Positions 1-9,036 of a DNA stretch of 64,000 nucleotides are shown piece after piece. The notes under the pieces are model-generated. The model had not been told where the DNA came from. It did not search any database and was given only the letters and a program-made list of their open reading frames with translations. Both the position numbers and the translations under genes were made by a program. Origin of the DNA: Candidatus Aenigmatarchaeota archaeon (lineage in GTDB: Archaea; Aenigmatarchaeota; Aenigmatarchaeia; GW2011-AR5); NCBI GenBank assembly GCA_016184005.1, contig JACPDL010000003.1, positions 380,974-444,973 on the forward strand, written 5' to 3'. The stretch's first letter is position 1. Every line of letters starts with the position of its first letter.

Positions 1-1143
1 AACAGTTAAAACGTTACCGGGCTCTAGTGCACAGCCACCTCCGGTTTGAGATATAGTATATCCTGTTTTAATAATTCCAACAATTCTTTTAGCAAAAATG
101 TATCCATTTTCAACTGCACAATGTTGGGCTTGAGCTATACAGCAGGAAGAATTACATTTAACTGTACATTTTCCTGCAGGAATATAAGCGGTTTTAAAAT
201 TACATTGTTGACCAGTAATTTTTTCAAAATACATTAAATTGCTGTTGGCAACAGAAATGAAATCCATATCGTCTCCAGTATTATAATTCAACGGAACAAA
301 TACTATATCTGCAGAAGGTGTGTATTTGTTGATACATATCTTAGATTCTGTTTCGCAGAAATAGTCTTGCCCAAAAGTTTTTTTGCAATAATAATTTCCA
401 TAGAATATTGAATTTGGAAAACAATTGTATTTGCCTGTTTTTACATAAATATCGTTTCTACATTTATTGTTTTGGCATATCCATCCATATATATATTTAT
501 TTACACATTCGTCGTCTGAACTACAAAAAGATTTTTCATCAACACCAATAAAACTTTTACAGAAAGACTTTTGAGTGTCACATATACTATGTAAACCAAA
601 TTTTTCTCCACATTCTTTATTTGTGCATGATAGCTTTCTAAGAGTTTCACTTGTGGGAATATAGTCTGCTACAATCACTTGATTTTCTGTGGTCGTTTCA
701 CTCCCAGTTAGCGTTTGCCCAATTTGCTCTCCTTGAGAATAATCAAGTGGTGAAGTCCCATCGCTATAACACCTATTGCTCGCTAAATCACATTTCCAAC
801 CCTCGCCTTTCACATACTGGCAGTAATCATCATCGTAACAAACAGCTTCTGGTTCAGGATAATTTGCTTCGTATGGTTGCTGTGTTGGTTGTTGATTTGT
901 TTGCGTTTCACGGTACTCAGTGCAAATAGTTTCGCCCAAGTATCCATTATATTGCTCGTGAAGGCCCGAGCAGCATGTTTTGTCAGCAATTTCTCCTTCA
1001 TGGGCACAGTTGGGCCTGCCAAAGTCTGAGAAGAAATCATCGAATCTTTCTGATAGATCTTCAGCCCATTCGAACTGGGCATGTGTTATACTGACAAATA
1101 ATGATGCAATAATCAGTAAAGAATATAGAACTGACTTTGTCAT
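1..1143 (-). CDS. Partial gene for a Cys-rich secreted protein. The N-terminal signal peptide is MTKSVLYSLLIIASLFVSITHAQ. The C-terminus runs off the window start.
   Basis: An open minus-strand frame runs from the ATG (reverse complement of 1141-1143) to position 1 with no stops. It has a signal-peptide-like N-terminus and many Cys. It is absent from the ORF track only because it is truncated by the window edge. The region is AT-rich. Confidence 0.45.
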   Translation of the reverse strand, partial: MTKSVLYSLLIIASLFVSITHAQFEWAEDLSERFDDFFSDFGRPNCAHEGEIADKTCCSGLHEQYNGYLGETICTEYRETQTNQQPTQQPYEANYPEPEAVCYDDDYCQYVKGEGWKCDLASNRCYSDGTSPLDYSQGEQIGQTLTGSETTTENQVIVADYIPTSETLRKLSCTNKECGEKFGLHSICDTQKSFCKSFIGVDEKSFCSSDDECVNKYIYGWICQNNKCRNDIYVKTGKYNCFPNSIFYGNYYCKKTFGQDYFCETESKICINKYTPSADIVFVPLNYNTGDDMDFISVANSNLMYFEKITGQQCNFKTAYIPAGKCTVKCNSSCCIAQAQHCAVENGYIFAKRIVGIIKTGYTISQTGGGCALEPGNVLTV

Positions 1144-1175
1144 TTTATATATTTTCCCAGCGCTGTATAAATAAT

Positions 1176-3467
1176 TTATTCGATAAACGGATAATAAACT
1201 TGCTGTTCTACTGGCAACTTGATGCTTGCTATTTCTTTTAAACTGTCCAAGCTGTTCGCCTTTATCATTGCTTCGGAAACCGTGTAGAGAACATTGCCTA
1301 TATACAACGACCTTCTGACAGGAAATCTAGGATAAAAAGATTCAGGTTTCTCTGTATAGTTTTCTGGATCATGTGATATTCTCCCTTTCAATGTGAAGCC
1401 GTCTTGCAGTGTAAGATCAAAGACATAAGCGCCTTGCCATGTGTACTGGTAGTCTTTTTCTGCTAAGAGAACAGGCAGTACCAGCAAGTTCCTGTCTTTG
1501 CTGAAGAGGAATGCTTTATGGTCGTATAAAGCATCTGAGCTTGTGCCTCTGTCGCCGATCTCGTATTTTGCAAGCTCTCTGGGATTTGAGACGTCGCTAA
1601 CATCGAATAGTGATAACTTTAGTCCGCTGAAAGTTACCCTGCCGTATACTTCTTCCGTAGCCTGACCAACCCCTATGATATGGTTCTCGTCGTAAGGGTG
1701 CAGATAATCAGAGACGCCAGGTATCTTGAGCTCGCCAAGGACCTTCGGGTTTCTAGGATCGCTTAGGTCTACAACAAAGAGCGGGTCTATGCGCACGAAA
1801 GTGACAAGGTAAGCGCGGTCGCCGATAAACCGTGCCGAGAAAATCCTTTCCCCGGGAGCAAGATCTTCGACCTTACCGATGATGTTCATGTCGCTGTCAA
1901 GGACATAGAGATGGTTTGCCGACGAAACCCCTGACCTGACAGGAGGTGGAGGATCAATCGCTATCATTGTTTGCCTAGGCTTCTCTGGTTCTGGAGTCGC
2001 TATATTTGTTTGCTCAGGCTTATCTGGTTCCGTCTGTGGTTCTGGTTCTGATGGAGCGGCCTGTGAAACGGCTGCGCCTGCTTCGCTGACAGGGCTACTA
2101 CTACTTACAGCAACGCCAACTGTAACTCCAAAGCCCCCGGAACCGCCTGTCGTTGTCGCAATCCTGAAGTAACCGTTGTACTCGTCCATCGAGAACTGAT
2201 TAAGAGGCTGTCCCGGGACTTCGCCGCGCGTTTTGTATATTATCTCGCCGCTGCTGATGGATATCTTGTGTATAACGCTCTTGTCTGTTTCTTTGGCAAT
2301 TCCGGCGCGTATTTCTGAAGCTTTTTCTTCCCAAGCCTTGGCAACTTCTGCGGCTTTTTCAGGTCCCAGCGACTCGAACCAGCCCTGCACGGCTTCTGCA
2401 AGCTCGCTCTCTTTTTCGTAGTAAGGCCTGACAGACTGCATGATCTGCCTTATCTTGTCCGCCACATCTTCCGGCACTAACGGCAGGATTACTTCTTCAA
2501 TAATCCTGTCCTGAAGAATCGAAGGCTTGACTCTTTTCTGATATGTCAGGAATATGTTGTCCTTTGAGACAAACATGGCATTAGAATAGCCAAGCAGAAA
2601 CACTTTGCTTTGCGGTTCCTTGCTGTCGTCATTGACGTTTACAGAAATTATGGTTGTTAGCTGGTAAGAATAATCAGGAAAATCGAAATAGTAGACATCA
2701 GGCGAGCCTGAGAGCGGAACTACTATATCATCACCATAATACTGAATAGGTGCATTTACAACTGCGTAAACATAGTCGCCGACCATGCGAGAATTGTAGT
2801 AGCTGCCGTTCATTGAGAGTTCTCTTTTCAGGGCAGGACTGGATCTGTCTGAAATATCATAAACCTTTATCATGGTGTTTGGAAAAGAAGGCCTGATTAA
2901 CATCTTGGATTCAACAGGCATGTCTTCAGCAACCAGAGGCTGTATGTAATAGTTATTGTAGATGTTCGTGAAGACGACAAGCCTGTTGCCATTTACATAG
3001 AGTCCGTCTATGTTGCTTCCGCTTAGGTTGATTGTCGATATAATCGCTGCGTTTTCTGCAGGGTAAGCATCAGTTATTACAACGTTGCTTCCTGCAACCG
3101 TGTAAATGTACTTGCCGTCGTTCTTTACCGTATCAGCCTCATCAACTCCGGCAACTTGGATGTTTGTGGTTGAATAATCATCAGCTGCAGCTTTACTTTC
3201 TGCGCCCGCTTGCATCGGGGCTCCTGCGTCCATTGTTGCAAGAGCCCGGCCTGCATAGATGCCGCCTGCCTGCTGGTTGGACTTTATGAAATCCTTCAGC
3301 TCCGCGAGTGAAGAGAATTTCTTCAGCTCGTCCCCGGATGAAAGCGATGGCTGCTGATAATTGTTGAGAAAGAGGAACGCAAAGCCCGCAACTATGATAA
3401 CAAACAAAGCAGCGTATACTGCTGTCGGGGGTTGTTCAGAACTTCCCTTAGCGTTCTTCCTGGCCAT
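1176..3467 (-). CDS. Secreted or membrane-anchored beta-propeller domain protein (PF09826-like) with an N-terminal TM helix.
   Basis: 763 aa. The N-terminal hydrophobic segment is AVYAALFVIIVAGFAFLF. The C-terminal region has repeated motifs (YVLDSDMNIIGKV, RAYLVTFVRIDPLFVVDLSDPRNPKVLGELKIPGVSDYLHPYDENHIIGVG) typical of the archaeal/bacterial Beta_propel family. A Pro/Glu/Thr-rich linker is present. Confidence 0.55.
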   Translation of the reverse strand: MARKNAKGSSEQPPTAVYAALFVIIVAGFAFLFLNNYQQPSLSSGDELKKFSSLAELKDFIKSNQQAGGIYAGRALATMDAGAPMQAGAESKAAADDYSTTNIQVAGVDEADTVKNDGKYIYTVAGSNVVITDAYPAENAAIISTINLSGSNIDGLYVNGNRLVVFTNIYNNYYIQPLVAEDMPVESKMLIRPSFPNTMIKVYDISDRSSPALKRELSMNGSYYNSRMVGDYVYAVVNAPIQYYGDDIVVPLSGSPDVYYFDFPDYSYQLTTIISVNVNDDSKEPQSKVFLLGYSNAMFVSKDNIFLTYQKRVKPSILQDRIIEEVILPLVPEDVADKIRQIMQSVRPYYEKESELAEAVQGWFESLGPEKAAEVAKAWEEKASEIRAGIAKETDKSVIHKISISSGEIIYKTRGEVPGQPLNQFSMDEYNGYFRIATTTGGSGGFGVTVGVAVSSSSPVSEAGAAVSQAAPSEPEPQTEPDKPEQTNIATPEPEKPRQTMIAIDPPPPVRSGVSSANHLYVLDSDMNIIGKVEDLAPGERIFSARFIGDRAYLVTFVRIDPLFVVDLSDPRNPKVLGELKIPGVSDYLHPYDENHIIGVGQATEEVYGRVTFSGLKLSLFDVSDVSNPRELAKYEIGDRGTSSDALYDHKAFLFSKDRNLLVLPVLLAEKDYQYTWQGAYVFDLTLQDGFTLKGRISHDPENYTEKPESFYPRFPVRRSLYIGNVLYTVSEAMIKANSLDSLKEIASIKLPVEQQVYYPFIE

Positions 3468-3483
3468 GCAGCTAATATTGGCT

Positions 3484-4011
3484 TTATTCTATATATAAAC
3501 TTCTTTTTGTTAGGGTCCTCGCCCTAAGATATTTTATCGCGAAAAATGCAAAGCCAAGTAAGGCTATAATGATCAATGCAATACCAAAAATTAAATCAAT
3601 ACTCATGATATTTTCTGCAGCTGCAGTTATTGCAGGAGCATCAGCAGCTGTTGTAGTTTCTGCTATTTTCAATGACTGAGCTGCATATTGTGGTTGACTA
3701 ATTGTATACAGATAGCCTCCTGCAATCAAGCTTATGATTGATGAAAATAGTATTGACCAGGAGTATTGCGGCTTGCTAAGATCCTGGGCTTTAGGTGTAA
3801 GACTATAGTATATCCATTTGCTTCCTTCTTTTCTCTGAACAAGGCTGGATTTTTCTAAGACATTCAGGTGCTCTGAGACTGTTGTTACATGTTTTCCAAG
3901 CAATTTTGAAAGTTCTGAGGCAGTGTAAGGCCTATTTGAAAGGAGTTTGATTATTTCTTGACGTGTTTTGGTGTTCAAAGCTTTCAACGTAGGAGAATCA
4001 AGAACGTTCAT
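3484..4011 (-). CDS. ArsR-family winged-helix transcriptional regulator with a C-terminal membrane anchor.
   Basis: 175 aa. The N-terminal HTH (ELSKLLGKHVTTVSEHLNVLEKSSLVQRK) resembles ArsR/SmtB. The C-terminus contains two hydrophobic helices. Confidence 0.55.
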   Translation of the reverse strand: MNVLDSPTLKALNTKTRQEIIKLLSNRPYTASELSKLLGKHVTTVSEHLNVLEKSSLVQRKEGSKWIYYSLTPKAQDLSKPQYSWSILFSSIISLIAGGYLYTISQPQYAAQSLKIAETTTAADAPAITAAAENIMSIDLIFGIALIIIALLGFAFFAIKYLRARTLTKRSLYIE

Positions 4012-4110
4012 TAGAACATTTGAGGAAAAAAGACTTATTAAGGTTGCGGTTTGTTAGGGCGCCGCCGGGATTGTAAACTAACTAGATGCCAACTAGGCAA
4101 GGCGGCCCGT

Positions 4111-5043
4111 TTAATCTACGCACGCATTTATTTCTTCGTTTCTTATCATCTGGCCGTTCACGGCTTTTTCAAACTCTGCCAGGGATTTCGGGCCGATGAT
4201 TGTGGCGTTTCCTATGAAGAACGTCGGAGTGCCGTAAACGCCCGCGGCCTGTCCGTCCATGAAATCTTTCTTGACCTCTTCCAGATATTTCTGCGAATCA
4301 ATGCACTCGTCAAACCTTGCGGCATCAAGCCCTGCGGCCTTTGCCAGCGCCTTGAATGCATTGATGCTGTCAAGCTCCTTCTGCTTCTCAAACATCATGT
4401 CATGATACTTCCAGTAAAGCGCGTTCCCCTGTTCATGCGCGCATTCAGAAGCTTCTGCAGCCTCTGTGCTGAGCCTGTGCCTTTTGACAGGAAAGTTCCT
4501 GAAGACAAGCCTGATTTTGCCCTCATATTTTTTCAGCAGCTCTTTCATCACGGGCTCTGCCTTTTTCGTGTAAGGGCAGAGGTGGCAGCCGAATTCCACG
4601 ATTGTTATGTTGCCGCTTCCGGTGGACGGGTCGTCGTCTTCCGTGACAAGTTCCGGCCTCAGCGCTGCCGAGGACCCGACTATCGATGCGCCTTCCGGGT
4701 TTAAAATGCATATGTCTGTTGATTCGGGGCCGTTGCAGTTGCCGTAAACAGCGAGGTTATAGCCTCCCAGGCCGGCAAGGAAAAGGCTCGCAATCATTGA
4801 GGCAAGGAAAAGCCATGACAGCAGTTCAAATCTCCTGTATACAAGTCTTCCGAGTTTCTCCGATCTCTTCATCAGGCTTGCTGTTATCTTTGCCTTCATC
4901 TTCCGGTTGAATTCCGTGTCGCACGGCCTGAATGTCACCGTTCTGGAGACGCACCGGAACGCCTCCTTTGCATAAGCCCTGTACTTTGCCGAGAATATGC
5001 CAAGGATGCCGAATACAACAGCAGCTATTATGCAGAAAACCAT
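4111..5043 (-). CDS. Membrane-anchored DsbA-like thiol:disulfide oxidoreductase.
   Basis: 310 aa. It has N-terminal TM segments followed by a thioredoxin-fold domain. The CxxC active site is FGCHLCPYT. DsbA-family motifs include GTPTFFIGN. This fits the many Cys-rich exported proteins encoded nearby. Confidence 0.6.
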   Translation of the reverse strand: MVFCIIAAVVFGILGIFSAKYRAYAKEAFRCVSRTVTFRPCDTEFNRKMKAKITASLMKRSEKLGRLVYRRFELLSWLFLASMIASLFLAGLGGYNLAVYGNCNGPESTDICILNPEGASIVGSSAALRPELVTEDDDPSTGSGNITIVEFGCHLCPYTKKAEPVMKELLKKYEGKIRLVFRNFPVKRHRLSTEAAEASECAHEQGNALYWKYHDMMFEKQKELDSINAFKALAKAAGLDAARFDECIDSQKYLEEVKKDFMDGQAAGVYGTPTFFIGNATIIGPKSLAEFEKAVNGQMIRNEEINACVD

Positions 5044-5049
5044 GTTGCA

Positions 5050-6264
5050 TTACCCCAGTTTCATGATCTTTCTCAGTGCGCCCAGAAAAATTTCGCATTC
5101 TTCCTGCGTGTTGTAGAAATAGAGCGAAGCGCGCACAGACCCGCCGATCCCGTGCGCGTTGAACCAGGAATGGACGCAATGCATTCCGGAACGCACCTCT
5201 ATGTTTCCGAGCTCGTCAAGCATAAGGGCGATGTCATGGTGGTTCATCTTCTCCGAAAAAAATGATATTATGCCCCCCCGAAGCTCCGGGTTTTCCGGGC
5301 CTATCACGCTCAGCCCCGGCATTTCCTGCAGCCCTTCTGTGATTGCCTTGTTCAGGCTGGTTTCGTGCTTCTCCACGCTTTCAAGGGGGATTCCTTCCAG
5401 ATAATTTACAGCTGCGGCAAGGCCTATCGCGCCGGCATAGTTCTGCAGACCCGCCTCGAACATTTCTGGAGGAGCTTCAAGCTCATATGTTTCATAGGTC
5501 GAGTTCACCACGGTTTCGCCGCCTAGCATGAATGGCTGGAGTTTCTCCAGTGCGTCTTCCCTTGCATACAACACGCCGGTTCCGGTGGGGCCCAGCATCT
5601 TGTGTCCGCTGAATGAAATAAAGTCGGCTCCAAGATCCCTGACGCTGATCCTTCTATGCGGCGCCGACTGTGCGCAGTCAAGCATGACGGCAATTTCATG
5701 CTCATGGGCAATCTTTGCTATCTCCCTTGCAGGTATTGTATAGCCGTCAAGGTTTGATGTGTGTACCATTGAAACAAGCCTGATATTCCTGTTGGTTCCG
5801 ACAGTCTGCGAGAAAGCTTCCAGATCAAATGTATTGTCCTGACTGGAACGCAGTACAAGGTGCTTCAGCCCTTTCCTGTTTTTCAATAAAAGCCACGGCA
5901 AAAGATTGGAGTTGTGCTCTTTGTCTGTTGTAAGCACAGCGTCGTCCTTCCCGAACAGAAACGAGTTCGCAACAAGGTTTATTCCTTCCGTGGTGTTCTT
6001 TGTGAATATGACCTCTTCCGGCCTCGCCCCTATGAATTCCGCAACAGTTTCCCTTGATTTATGGTACTCTTCTGTTGCCTTTGCCCCAAGCCTGTGGCTG
6101 CTTCTGCCGGCGCACGCTGGATACTCATAATAATACTGGTCCATCGACTCGATCACCTGCTTCGGACGCAGGGTCATGCACGCATTGTCGAAGTACACTA
6201 TCGGCTTGCCATTTATTGTTTTTTGCAGTATCGGGAAGTCGTCTCTCAGTTTTTCCATGTTCAT
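5050..6264 (-). CDS. sufS: Cysteine desulfurase (class V aminotransferase, SufS/NifS-like).
   Basis: 404 aa. The PLP-lysine motif SFSGHKMLGPTGTGVLY is present, with class-V aminotransferase architecture and a C-terminal SufS-like region (RSGMHCVHSW). Confidence 0.8.
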   Translation of the reverse strand: MNMEKLRDDFPILQKTINGKPIVYFDNACMTLRPKQVIESMDQYYYEYPACAGRSSHRLGAKATEEYHKSRETVAEFIGARPEEVIFTKNTTEGINLVANSFLFGKDDAVLTTDKEHNSNLLPWLLLKNRKGLKHLVLRSSQDNTFDLEAFSQTVGTNRNIRLVSMVHTSNLDGYTIPAREIAKIAHEHEIAVMLDCAQSAPHRRISVRDLGADFISFSGHKMLGPTGTGVLYAREDALEKLQPFMLGGETVVNSTYETYELEAPPEMFEAGLQNYAGAIGLAAAVNYLEGIPLESVEKHETSLNKAITEGLQEMPGLSVIGPENPELRGGIISFFSEKMNHHDIALMLDELGNIEVRSGMHCVHSWFNAHGIGGSVRASLYFYNTQEECEIFLGALRKIMKLG

Positions 6265-6453
6265 TCTAATCAGCTTCGTGGTCTGACATTTAATACCACA
6301 TTCGGTACGGAACTGGCGGCATCTTTCTTTGTTTTACTGTTGCTTAAGACTCTTATTGCTTACGGTTGACGGTTCATTAATATGTCGTTGACATGGCATT
6401 TGTTGAGATTGATAGAAATGTTGGTATATAAAACTCTCTGAATAAAAATATTC

Positions 6454-6765
6454 ATGCATTTGTTCAAGGACAAATTTGGCAGGAATATGAGATTGACGGA
6501 AGAACGACTGCAGCATATTATTACAGACCATTCGGAACTGCTTAAGCCAATAGGTAAAATAGAAGAAACCTTGATGTTTCCATCTATTGTGATAAAGAGT
6601 GAGGACGACCCGTATGTTTGGCTTTACTACAGACCTTATAAAGTATTTACACGGCAGAAAAGCTTTTTATTGGTTATAGTCAAAATAAGCAACGGAGAGG
6701 GTTTTGCAATAACCGCGTTTTATGTTAAGAATCTCCAAAAAGGTGAAGTAGTATGGAAGGCATAA
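6454..6765 (+). CDS. Small DUF4258-like protein, the putative toxin partner of the downstream DUF2283 gene.
   Basis: 103 aa. It overlaps the next gene by 13 bp. It sits in an AT-rich segment. The family assignment is by resemblance only. Confidence 0.35.
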   Translation: MHLFKDKFGRNMRLTEERLQHIITDHSELLKPIGKIEETLMFPSIVIKSEDDPYVWLYYRPYKVFTRQKSFLLVIVKISNGEGFAITAFYVKNLQKGEVVWKA

Positions 6766-6968
6766 AAGTATGGTATGATGAAGATGGAGATTACTTGGAA
6801 TTCTCCATGACCAAGAAAAAAGGCATCTTTGAGGATGATGGCCGTGGAATATTCAGGCGTATCGACCCGAAAACAAAAGATGTTATCGGCTTTGGCGTGA
6901 TAAATTTCAAGAAAAAGCTCAGAAAAAACAAGCACATAGACCTGCCGATTAAGATAAAGGTTGTGTGA
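6753..6968 (+). CDS. DUF2283-family small protein (putative antitoxin-like partner).
   Basis: 71 aa. The sequence MEGIKVWYDEDGDYLEFS...GIFRRIDPKTKDVIGFGVINF matches the DUF2283 pattern (Y-D-x-E-x-D-x-L-Y-I ... G-I-E-I-L). Confidence 0.5.
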   Translation: MEGIKVWYDEDGDYLEFSMTKKKGIFEDDGRGIFRRIDPKTKDVIGFGVINFKKKLRKNKHIDLPIKIKVV

Positions 6969-7151
6969 TACAACGTTTATTATCACATCCTCTTTCTGGA
7001 AGGGTTAAGGAAGTCTAAAGTCCTTTTATCAATTTATCTATTTCTTCTTTGTAAACCTTAAGGTAAGAAACTATAAAATCGATATCCCTTTGCTGGGCTT
7101 TCTTGTCTGTTATTGTTTCCTAAAATGCCCTGCAAAACTGGTGAAATAAAC

Positions 7152-7544
7152 CTACTTTTGAGTAGGTTTCTCTTCCACTATGACTGCGTTAATAACACCA
7201 TCTTGACCCGGCCGCGACGTGACGCGTGCCTTGCCGAGTTCTGTCTGTATTATTGCCCCTTTTGTTATTATGTTTCTCCTAACGAACTGCGCGTCGGCCT
7301 TGTTTTCCACGACGCTGAGTATCTTTGCCTTCTGCGCCTTGCCGCCGGCAAGCACGTTTGCTATGTTTGAAGAAAGCAGCATGAATTTGCTGTTGCCCCC
7401 GCGCGATCTCAGGATCTTTACTTTTACTGTGCCTATGTGGGCTGGCAGGAAGTCTCTTCCGCGCTGATGCCTCTTTTTCTTGCTTGCACGCTTAAGCAGA
7501 CCGCCCGTTATCTTCCTCTTCGACCTTAGATGCCATTGGGCCAT
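7152..7544 (-). CDS. rps8e: 30S ribosomal protein S8e.
   Basis: 130 aa. It is basic, with an N-terminus (MAQWHLRSKRKITGG...KKKRHQRG) typical of S8e. It ends with a TAG stop. Confidence 0.85.
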   Translation of the reverse strand: MAQWHLRSKRKITGGLLKRASKKKRHQRGRDFLPAHIGTVKVKILRSRGGNSKFMLLSSNIANVLAGGKAQKAKILSVVENKADAQFVRRNIITKGAIIQTELGKARVTSRPGQDGVINAVIVEEKPTQK

Positions 7545-7546
7545 AG

Positions 7547-7843
7547 TTACATCTTCCCGTGTTGAGGGACAAATTCTACGCCTTTAGCTTGGGACATGGG
7601 TTTTGAAGTAAATGTATAGATACCACAATTCCTCTCCAGTCCCGTCATTTGCCAATAACTCTGTAAATCCATATCGCGGACAAATGCAAAGGCTACTCTT
7701 TGTTGGTCCAGAACCTGTCTGACATTGTCTTGCCCGCAAATATGTATAGGACTCTGTAGCCCAGTCTCTTCGAGATATGCCTTCGCAAGTTCGCCAATCG
7801 CTCTGTCCGCAGCATATACTAATACACAATTTCCATCTTTCAT
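7547..7843 (-). CDS. Hypothetical protein.
   Basis: 98-aa ORF tightly linked to rps8e (2-bp gap). No motif was recognised. Confidence 0.3.
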   Translation of the reverse strand: MKDGNCVLVYAADRAIGELAKAYLEETGLQSPIHICGQDNVRQVLDQQRVAFAFVRDMDLQSYWQMTGLERNCGIYTFTSKPMSQAKGVEFVPQHGKM

Positions 7844-7932
7844 GCTTCTCTGTTATCTCACAAAATTGAATCTATTTAAGTGTATGTATGCTATTCATAA
7901 TATTTTAACAAATTTGATAGGTAAGATTTTTT

Positions 7933-8157
7933 ATGGAAAGACCGATAGATGTATTGAACAATGCAAAAGGCAAGCGTGTTCTGATAAAGCTCAAGAAAGG
8001 CACTGAGATTTCAGGCATACTGCACGCGATGGACTTGCACCTCAACATGTGGCTGGAAGGCGCGGAGCAGATAACTGAAGAGAAAAAGATAAAACTTGGA
8101 ACAATACTCGTTAGAGGCGACAACATCCTCTACGTCTCGCCTGAAAAAAGCGAATAA
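7933..8157 (+). CDS. Sm-like (LSm) archaeal protein.
   Basis: 74 aa. It carries Sm1/Sm2 motifs (VLIKLKKGTEISGILHAMDLHLNMWL...ILVRGDNILYV). It is adjacent to L37e, the classic archaeal Sm-L37e pairing. Confidence 0.8.
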   Translation: MERPIDVLNNAKGKRVLIKLKKGTEISGILHAMDLHLNMWLEGAEQITEEKKIKLGTILVRGDNILYVSPEKSE

Positions 8158-8177
8158 AGCCTTTTCTTAAACGAAAT

Positions 8178-8195
8178 GACGCACTTTAGTGCGTC
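8178..8195 (+). terminator. Perfect 7-bp hairpin (GACGCAC-TTTA-GTGCGTC) downstream of the Sm gene.
   Basis: Inverted repeat seen directly, 20 nt after the Sm stop. A T-rich tract lies nearby. Confidence 0.3.
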
Positions 8196-8264
8196 TAGTC
8201 ACTTGAAGAAAACCCCCGGGAAAAGAAAACTAAAAAGCTAAGAGAAAGAATGTTGAGATGACTT

Positions 8265-8510
8265 ATGTCGAAGGGAACACCGTCATTCGGACGCCATCAG
8301 AGAATAACGCACATAAGATGCCGACGCTGTGGTAGGCATAGTTATCATATACAGAAGAAACAATGCAGTGCATGTGCTTATCCAAGGCCGAAGATGCGCA
8401 AGGAAAGCTGGAAATGGAAGCCTGTAAACCGCGCAAAGAGAAAGTATCTAAGGCCAAAACACCAGAAGGTCAAGACAGCACGACAGGGCAGATGGGTCAA
8501 GAATAAGTAG
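8265..8510 (+). CDS. rpl37e: 50S ribosomal protein L37e.
   Basis: 81 aa. A C4 zinc ribbon (CRRCGRHSYH...CSACAY) is present, with the characteristic MSKGTPSFG N-terminus. Confidence 0.85.
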   Translation: MSKGTPSFGRHQRITHIRCRRCGRHSYHIQKKQCSACAYPRPKMRKESWKWKPVNRAKRKYLRPKHQKVKTARQGRWVKNK

Positions 8511-8560
8511 AGAACCTAGGTTCTCTTCCTTATCAACCTTCTCTCCTAATTAAAAATATT

Positions 8561-8761
8561 ATGCCAAAGATCTCAAAGGTTGACAAGCTGATTCTCGGGG
8601 CTAAAGAAAAAGCCAGGAAGAAGAAATGGATCCGCTATTGCCCGCAATGCAGGAGCACTGATGTAATTTTATGGGGCCAGCTGGTTGAGAATGGGTACTG
8701 GTACAAATGCAGGAAATGTGACTATCATGCCCCTTCTTTCCCGGAAAAGGCGAAAAATTAA
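8561..8761 (+). CDS. Small zinc-ribbon protein.
   Basis: 66 aa. Two CxxC pairs are present (CPQCRS...CRKCDY). Confidence 0.4.
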   Translation: MPKISKVDKLILGAKEKARKKKWIRYCPQCRSTDVILWGQLVENGYWYKCRKCDYHAPSFPEKAKN

Positions 8762-8803
8762 GCTTCAAAAGCATTTTAAACCGGGGAACACAAGATAGAA
8801 TTA

Positions 8804-8995
8804 ATGGAACCCCAGAACATCGAAAGGATGACTGCCATTTCTTTGCTGCTTATTGGGCTGACGCTGCTCTTTTTCGGTTTGAGCCTTTCAGGTTTATTTC
8901 AATTCCCGTTCTTCGGCATTCTTGTTCTTGTTACAGGAATTGTATCGCTGATAACCGCAGTTCTTCTCTTCTCGGACAGCGGCAAGCAAATGTGA
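8804..8995 (+). CDS. Small membrane protein.
   Basis: 63 aa with two predicted TM helices. Confidence 0.3.
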   Translation: MEPQNIERMTAISLLLIGLTLLFFGLSLSGLFQFPFFGILVLVTGIVSLITAVLLFSDSGKQM

Positions 8996-9036
8996 TTGTT
9001 AAGCTTTTTATCTGATGTAGTTAGTTAAAATTAATT

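Noticed and set aside
810-1082. The 90-aa minus-strand ORF from the track at the window start.
   Set aside because: A different minus-strand frame is open from 1143 to position 1 and encodes a signal peptide plus a Cys-rich domain. The track omits it only because it is truncated by the window edge.
4051-4704. The 217-aa plus-strand ORF and several other 60-200-aa ORFs antisense to large genes (for example 10488-11141, 12069-13268, 22369-22941, 27925-28686, 45535-46116, 48494-49234).
   Set aside because: They lie entirely within well-supported genes on the opposite strand and have low-complexity, Arg/Cys/Ser-rich composition typical of antisense frames in a GC-moderate genome. No motifs were found.
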